The notes under the pieces were generated by a model. The model had not been told where the DNA came from, did not search any database, and saw only the letters and a program-made list of their open reading frames with translations. From an uncultured Planctomycetales bacterium (GTDB lineage: Bacteria > Omnitrophota > Gorgyraeia > Zapsychrales > Fredricksoniimonadaceae), in contig CAZFNI010000001.1 of assembly GCA_964520655.1 (NCBI GenBank), forward strand, positions 3,067 through 67,066: a stretch of DNA of 64,000 nt, read 5' to 3'. Shown piece after piece: positions 60,226-64,000 of the stretch (its first letter is position 1; the number at the start of each line of letters is the position of its first letter). The translations under genes were made by a program, and so were the position numbers.

Positions 60226-62972
60226 TGGATTATCAAAAGACATTGAATTTGCCCCAAACCGAATTCTCCATGAAAGCCGGGTTGGTGCAGAAAGAACCAA
60301 AGACCTTGGAGCGTTGGAACAATGACCAGATCTATCAACGCATCCGTCAGAAAGCCAAGGGCCGCAAGACCTTTATTCTTCACGACGGGCCTCCGTATGC
60401 CAACGGCCATATCCATATCGGCCACGCGTTAAATAAGATCCTAAAAGACATCATTATCAAATACAAGACCATGAAAGGTTTTGACGCGTTGTATGTTCCA
60501 GGTTGGGATTGCCATGGTCTGCCTATCGAGCATCAATTGCTTAAAGATCTTAAAGCGGATAAAGGTGATTTCAATACGGTTGATTTCCGCAAAAAAGCCC
60601 ATGACTATGCCATGAAATATGTTGGTTTACAGCGCGAAGAGTTCAAGCGTCTGGGCATATTCGGTGAGTGGGAGAATCCCTATTTGACGCTGGCGCCCGA
60701 GTATGAGCATTGGATCTTAAGATCATTGGCCGCATTGACCAAAAAGGGATATGTGTACCGCAGTTTAAAACCGGTGAACTGGTGTTTTAGCTGCGAGACA
60801 GCGCTGGCTGAGGCGGAAGTGGAATATGAAGACCATACCTCGCCGACAGTCTATGTGCGTTTTGCGTTAAAAGATACACCTAAGACCTCGTTGTTGATCT
60901 GGACAACCACTCCCTGGACGCTGTTGGCCAACGTCGCGGCGGCCGTGCATCCGGATTATACGTATGTGTACGCGGATATCGGCGGGGAAGTGCTGGTCTT
61001 GGAAAAGACATTAGCCGCCAGGATCTTAAAAGAATATACCGTTGTCAAAGAAGTCAAAGGTGTCGAGCTTAAAAAGTTGTCGTATGCACATCCTTTTGGC
61101 AAGCGCGCTTCCTGTCCGATCGTGACCGCGGATTACGTCACCAGGGAAGACGGGACCGGTATCGTGCATACGGCACCCGGGCACGGCCAGGAAGACTATC
61201 AGACTGGTTTGGCCAATGACCTTCCGATCTTGATGCCGGTCAATCATAAGGGGGTATTTACCGACGAAGGGGCTCCTTTTACCGGTCAGCATGTGTTTAA
61301 AGCGAATGAAGCGATCATTGCCAATTTGAAAGAACGCGGGTTGTTGTACTTAAATCAGCCGATCCAGCATACGTATCCGCATTGTTGGCGCTGCAAGAAT
61401 CCGATCATTTTCCGCGCGACCGAGCAGTGGTTCTTGAATGTGGACCATGATAATTTACGAGAGAATTTAAAGAACGCTATCGTCGACCAGGTTGAATGGG
61501 TCCCGGCGGCAGGTCGCGAGCGTATCCTGGGGATGGTCAACACCCGTCCTGACTGGTGTTTGTCCCGCCAGCGTCATTGGGGTGTGCCGATACCCGCGGT
61601 ATCATGTGCCGGGTGCAAGGGAGAACAGAAATTGTTCCCGGAAGTGATCGATCATTTGGCCGAAAAAGTCAAAACGCAGGGCAGCGGGATATGGTTTGAA
61701 AAGCCGCTGGCGGAATTATTGCCGGCAGGGTTTAAGTGTCCTCAATGCGGCGGCCGCGATTTCACCAAGTCCCAAGATATTCTGGATGTTTGGTTTGATT
61801 CCGGCGTCAGTCATCAGGCGGTCTTTCACGCGATGATCAACAAACCATTGCCGGCGGACCTGTATCTGGAGGGTTCCGACCAGCATCGCGGCTGGTTCCA
61901 GTCGTCATTGATCCCTTCAATGGCCATTGATGGCAGAGCTCCGTACCGCCAGGTTTTGACCCATGGTTTTGTTGTCGACGGCCAAGGCCGCAAAATGTCC
62001 AAATCGTTGGGCAATGTCATCAAGCCTCAGGAAATGATCGACCAGAACGGCGCCGAGATCATCCGTTTATGGGTAGCGGCCAGTTCTTTCAATGATGATG
62101 TGCGTATTTCCAAAGAGATCGTGGACCGTTTGGTCGATGCGTACCGCAAGATCCGTAATACCGTGCGCTATTTATTAGGGAATTTAAGCGGATTTGATCC
62201 GGATAAGGACATCCTTCCGTATGACCGTATCCTTGAATTAGACCGCTGGGCATTGCATCAATTAGCGCAGACGATCACACAGGTGGAGGAGGCTTATGAA
62301 GCCTATGATTTCCCTAAAGTGTTCAAAACGATCCATGCGTTCTGTAATGAAACGCTCTCCAGCATTTATCTTGACATCTTAAAAGACCGGCTGTATACTT
62401 GCCCCGCTTCTTCGGTCGAACGCAAGAGTGCGCAAACGGTTCTTTATTATATTCTCGACGCTGTAACCCGTTTATTAGCACCGGTTATGGTGTTTACTGC
62501 GGAAGAAATGTACGAGCTAAGCCCAAAGCCTCAGGCTATTGACGGCATCAAAAGCGTACATTTGCTTAGCTGGCCTTCTGTGGAGGAGCACTGGATAAAT
62601 ACACGCGTGGAGGAAGATTTCAGGCTCTTGCTGGACCTTAGGGTCGCCGTGTTAAAAGCGCTGGATGAAAAACGTAAATCCGGCGAGATCGGAAGTGGTC
62701 TGCAAGCCAGCGTAACGATCAAAACAACGGATGCGAAACGCATCGCGTATTTAAACGCCAAACGCGCTTTGTTGGAATCATTTTTTATCGTTTCTTTTGT
62801 TAGTGTGAAGGAAGAGGGAACGCCAGAGTGGACGATCGAGGTCCAGAAGGCTTCAGGGGAAAAATGCGGTCGCTGCTGGAACCATAAGACGGATGTCGGG
62901 TTGCATGCCGTGCATCCAACATTGTGTGGCCGTTGTATAGAGCAGGTTAACATCATCAACTTAAGGGAGTAG
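60225..62972 (+). CDS. ileS: Isoleucine--tRNA ligase
   Basis: HIGH (PYANGHIHIGHA) and KMSKS motifs; C-terminal Cys-x2-Cys...Cys-x2-Cys zinc motif; 1-nt overlap TAATG with mtnP. Confidence 0.93.
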   Translation: MDYQKTLNLPQTEFSMKAGLVQKEPKTLERWNNDQIYQRIRQKAKGRKTFILHDGPPYANGHIHIGHALNKILKDIIIKYKTMKGFDALYVPGWDCHGLPIEHQLLKDLKADKGDFNTVDFRKKAHDYAMKYVGLQREEFKRLGIFGEWENPYLTLAPEYEHWILRSLAALTKKGYVYRSLKPVNWCFSCETALAEAEVEYEDHTSPTVYVRFALKDTPKTSLLIWTTTPWTLLANVAAAVHPDYTYVYADIGGEVLVLEKTLAARILKEYTVVKEVKGVELKKLSYAHPFGKRASCPIVTADYVTREDGTGIVHTAPGHGQEDYQTGLANDLPILMPVNHKGVFTDEGAPFTGQHVFKANEAIIANLKERGLLYLNQPIQHTYPHCWRCKNPIIFRATEQWFLNVDHDNLRENLKNAIVDQVEWVPAAGRERILGMVNTRPDWCLSRQRHWGVPIPAVSCAGCKGEQKLFPEVIDHLAEKVKTQGSGIWFEKPLAELLPAGFKCPQCGGRDFTKSQDILDVWFDSGVSHQAVFHAMINKPLPADLYLEGSDQHRGWFQSSLIPSMAIDGRAPYRQVLTHGFVVDGQGRKMSKSLGNVIKPQEMIDQNGAEIIRLWVAASSFNDDVRISKEIVDRLVDAYRKIRNTVRYLLGNLSGFDPDKDILPYDRILELDRWALHQLAQTITQVEEAYEAYDFPKVFKTIHAFCNETLSSIYLDILKDRLYTCPASSVERKSAQTVLYYILDAVTRLLAPVMVFTAEEMYELSPKPQAIDGIKSVHLLSWPSVEEHWINTRVEEDFRLLLDLRVAVLKALDEKRKSGEIGSGLQASVTIKTTDAKRIAYLNAKRALLESFFIVSFVSVKEEGTPEWTIEVQKASGEKCGRCWNHKTDVGLHAVHPTLCGRCIEQVNIINLRE

Positions 62973-62975
62973 AGA

Positions 62976-63425
62976 ATGCCCGCAAAGAAGACTCTCAAGA
63001 AAGCTGTCAAGAAGACGATCGCTAAGTCAGCGGCCAGATCCGCTGTGACTTCCAAGTCAAACCCTAAGTTTGATGCGTATAAAAAGCTGTTGTTAAATAT
63101 CAAAGATAAGATCGCTGGAGATCTACGTAATCTCTCTGACGAGAATAACGGCAGCGGCAATGACCGCGGCGGTGACGTTTCAGGTCATGCTCTGCATATG
63201 GCGGATGTCGCAACCGACATGTACGACCGTGAATTTACGCTTGGGTTAGCGGCTAATGAGCGGGAATTGCTGTTCCAGGTCGATGAAGCGCTGCTGCGTG
63301 TCGCCGAAGGGACCTACGGGGTGTGCAATGTTTGCAAGAAACCGATCCCGGCAACGCGGTTAAAAGCGATCCCTCATGCCAAACTTTGCCTGAAGTGCCA
63401 GGAAAAGTCTGAGTCAAGACGATAA
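62976..63425 (+). CDS. DksA/TraR-family C4-type zinc-finger protein
   Basis: C-terminal CNVCKKPIPATRLKAIPHAKLCLKC motif; ileS-dksA-like-lspA arrangement. Confidence 0.7.
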   Translation: MPAKKTLKKAVKKTIAKSAARSAVTSKSNPKFDAYKKLLLNIKDKIAGDLRNLSDENNGSGNDRGGDVSGHALHMADVATDMYDREFTLGLAANERELLFQVDEALLRVAEGTYGVCNVCKKPIPATRLKAIPHAKLCLKCQEKSESRR

Positions 63426-63434
63426 GCCAATCCT

Positions 63435-63917
63435 ATGACGATCGATCAAAAACGTTCGCGGCTGGACTTGATCATTTTCGCCGTGACGACTTTGTGTATT
63501 ATCGGTTTCGATCGCCTTTCTAAGGTTTTTTTCAGCGGTATTCTGGATGTCAACGAGTCGCTGGTCGTATTTCGTAATATCCTGCATTTTACGCTTGTCC
63601 ATAATACCGGCATCGCATTTGGTCTTTTTAAGGACAGCGGTTCCGTCTTTGTGGTGATACCGCTCATCCTCACAGGTCTGTTGATCTATAATATTTACTA
63701 TTACCGCAACAGCGCCCATTTGACCCGGACATATATTGTGGCGTTCTCGCTGATCTTAGGTGGCGCGATCGGCAATTTGATCGACAGGATCATGCTGGGG
63801 TATGTGATCGATTTTATTGATTTTCGCGTCTGGCCGGTCTTTAATCTCGCGGACAGCGCCATTACGGTAGGCGCAGCGGTAATATTCTTTAAATGCATCC
63901 CATCCTCTTCCAAATAG
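63435..63917 (+). CDS. lspA: Lipoprotein signal peptidase (signal peptidase II)
   Basis: FTLVHNTGIAFGLF and FNLADSAITVGAAVIFF motifs. Confidence 0.85.
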   Translation: MTIDQKRSRLDLIIFAVTTLCIIGFDRLSKVFFSGILDVNESLVVFRNILHFTLVHNTGIAFGLFKDSGSVFVVIPLILTGLLIYNIYYYRNSAHLTRTYIVAFSLILGGAIGNLIDRIMLGYVIDFIDFRVWPVFNLADSAITVGAAVIFFKCIPSSSK

Positions 63918-64000
63918 GTGATTTTCCCATCCATACGTACGGATTGATGCTGGCCGTCGCGTTCTTGGTGTGCACATTTTTATTGAGCAAAGATTTTACA
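63893..64000 (+). CDS. lgt: Prolipoprotein diacylglyceryl transferase, 5' portion only (runs off window)
   Basis: MHPILFQIGDFPIHTYGLMLAVAFLVCTFLLSKDF matches the Lgt N-terminus (..IGP..IHWYGLMY..); overlaps the lspA end by 25 bp. Confidence 0.7.
   Translation, partial: MHPILFQIGDFPIHTYGLMLAVAFLVCTFLLSKDFT

Overview
Compact bacterial chromosomal segment in which every gene I can support lies on the + strand, often with 1-50 bp overlaps (ATGA/TAATG junctions), suggesting one long co-directional stretch. Gene content indicates a didermic (LPS-making) bacterium; I cannot assign a taxon from sequence alone. The window opens with an accessory-looking block (1-9.7 kb) of three secreted glycine-rich proteins: two adjacent paralogous giant fibre-like repeat proteins built from a ~100-aa module (GNVGIGTWTA..ASLETTGLRLIGNGAAAGSVLVS..TGIGTWMA..SGWSTGTGTVYNTTGSD.VGIGTTTPQGGLVVTNGNVGIGTW) plus a 'GxWTVPA...GGGGGGG' glycine-rich-domain protein. 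Then housekeeping: rpsB-tsf-pyrH-frr, three tRNAs (Lys-TTT, Leu-TAG, Gly-GCC), a nitrogen-PTS-like cluster (ptsN, membrane-anchored yvcK-like, HPr, ptsI), a sugar nucleotidyltransferase, metK-ahcY, pfkA, recQ, a class-II-aldolase-like gene, ilvC, leuA, aroE, prepilin peptidase, aroK, dprA-topA-xerC. A 1476-aa orphan secreted giant protein follows, then an LPS inner-core/lipid A locus (waaA, lpxK, LpxL-ELM1-like fusion, GT4-GT9 fusion, GT4, three GT9 heptosyltransferase-like genes), ppa, an AddA/AddB-like helicase-nuclease pair bracketed by two orphan CheY-like receivers, yggS, proC, a ~170-nt candidate structured RNA, mtnP, ileS, a DksA/TraR-like zinc finger, lspA and the start of lgt. No CRISPR array, transposase or phage integrase was seen. 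Most interesting: the repeat-protein locus with kb-scale internal duplications, the orphan giant secreted protein next to the LPS locus, the fused LPS enzymes, the receiver-bracketed AddAB-like pair, and the candidate ncRNA upstream of mtnP.
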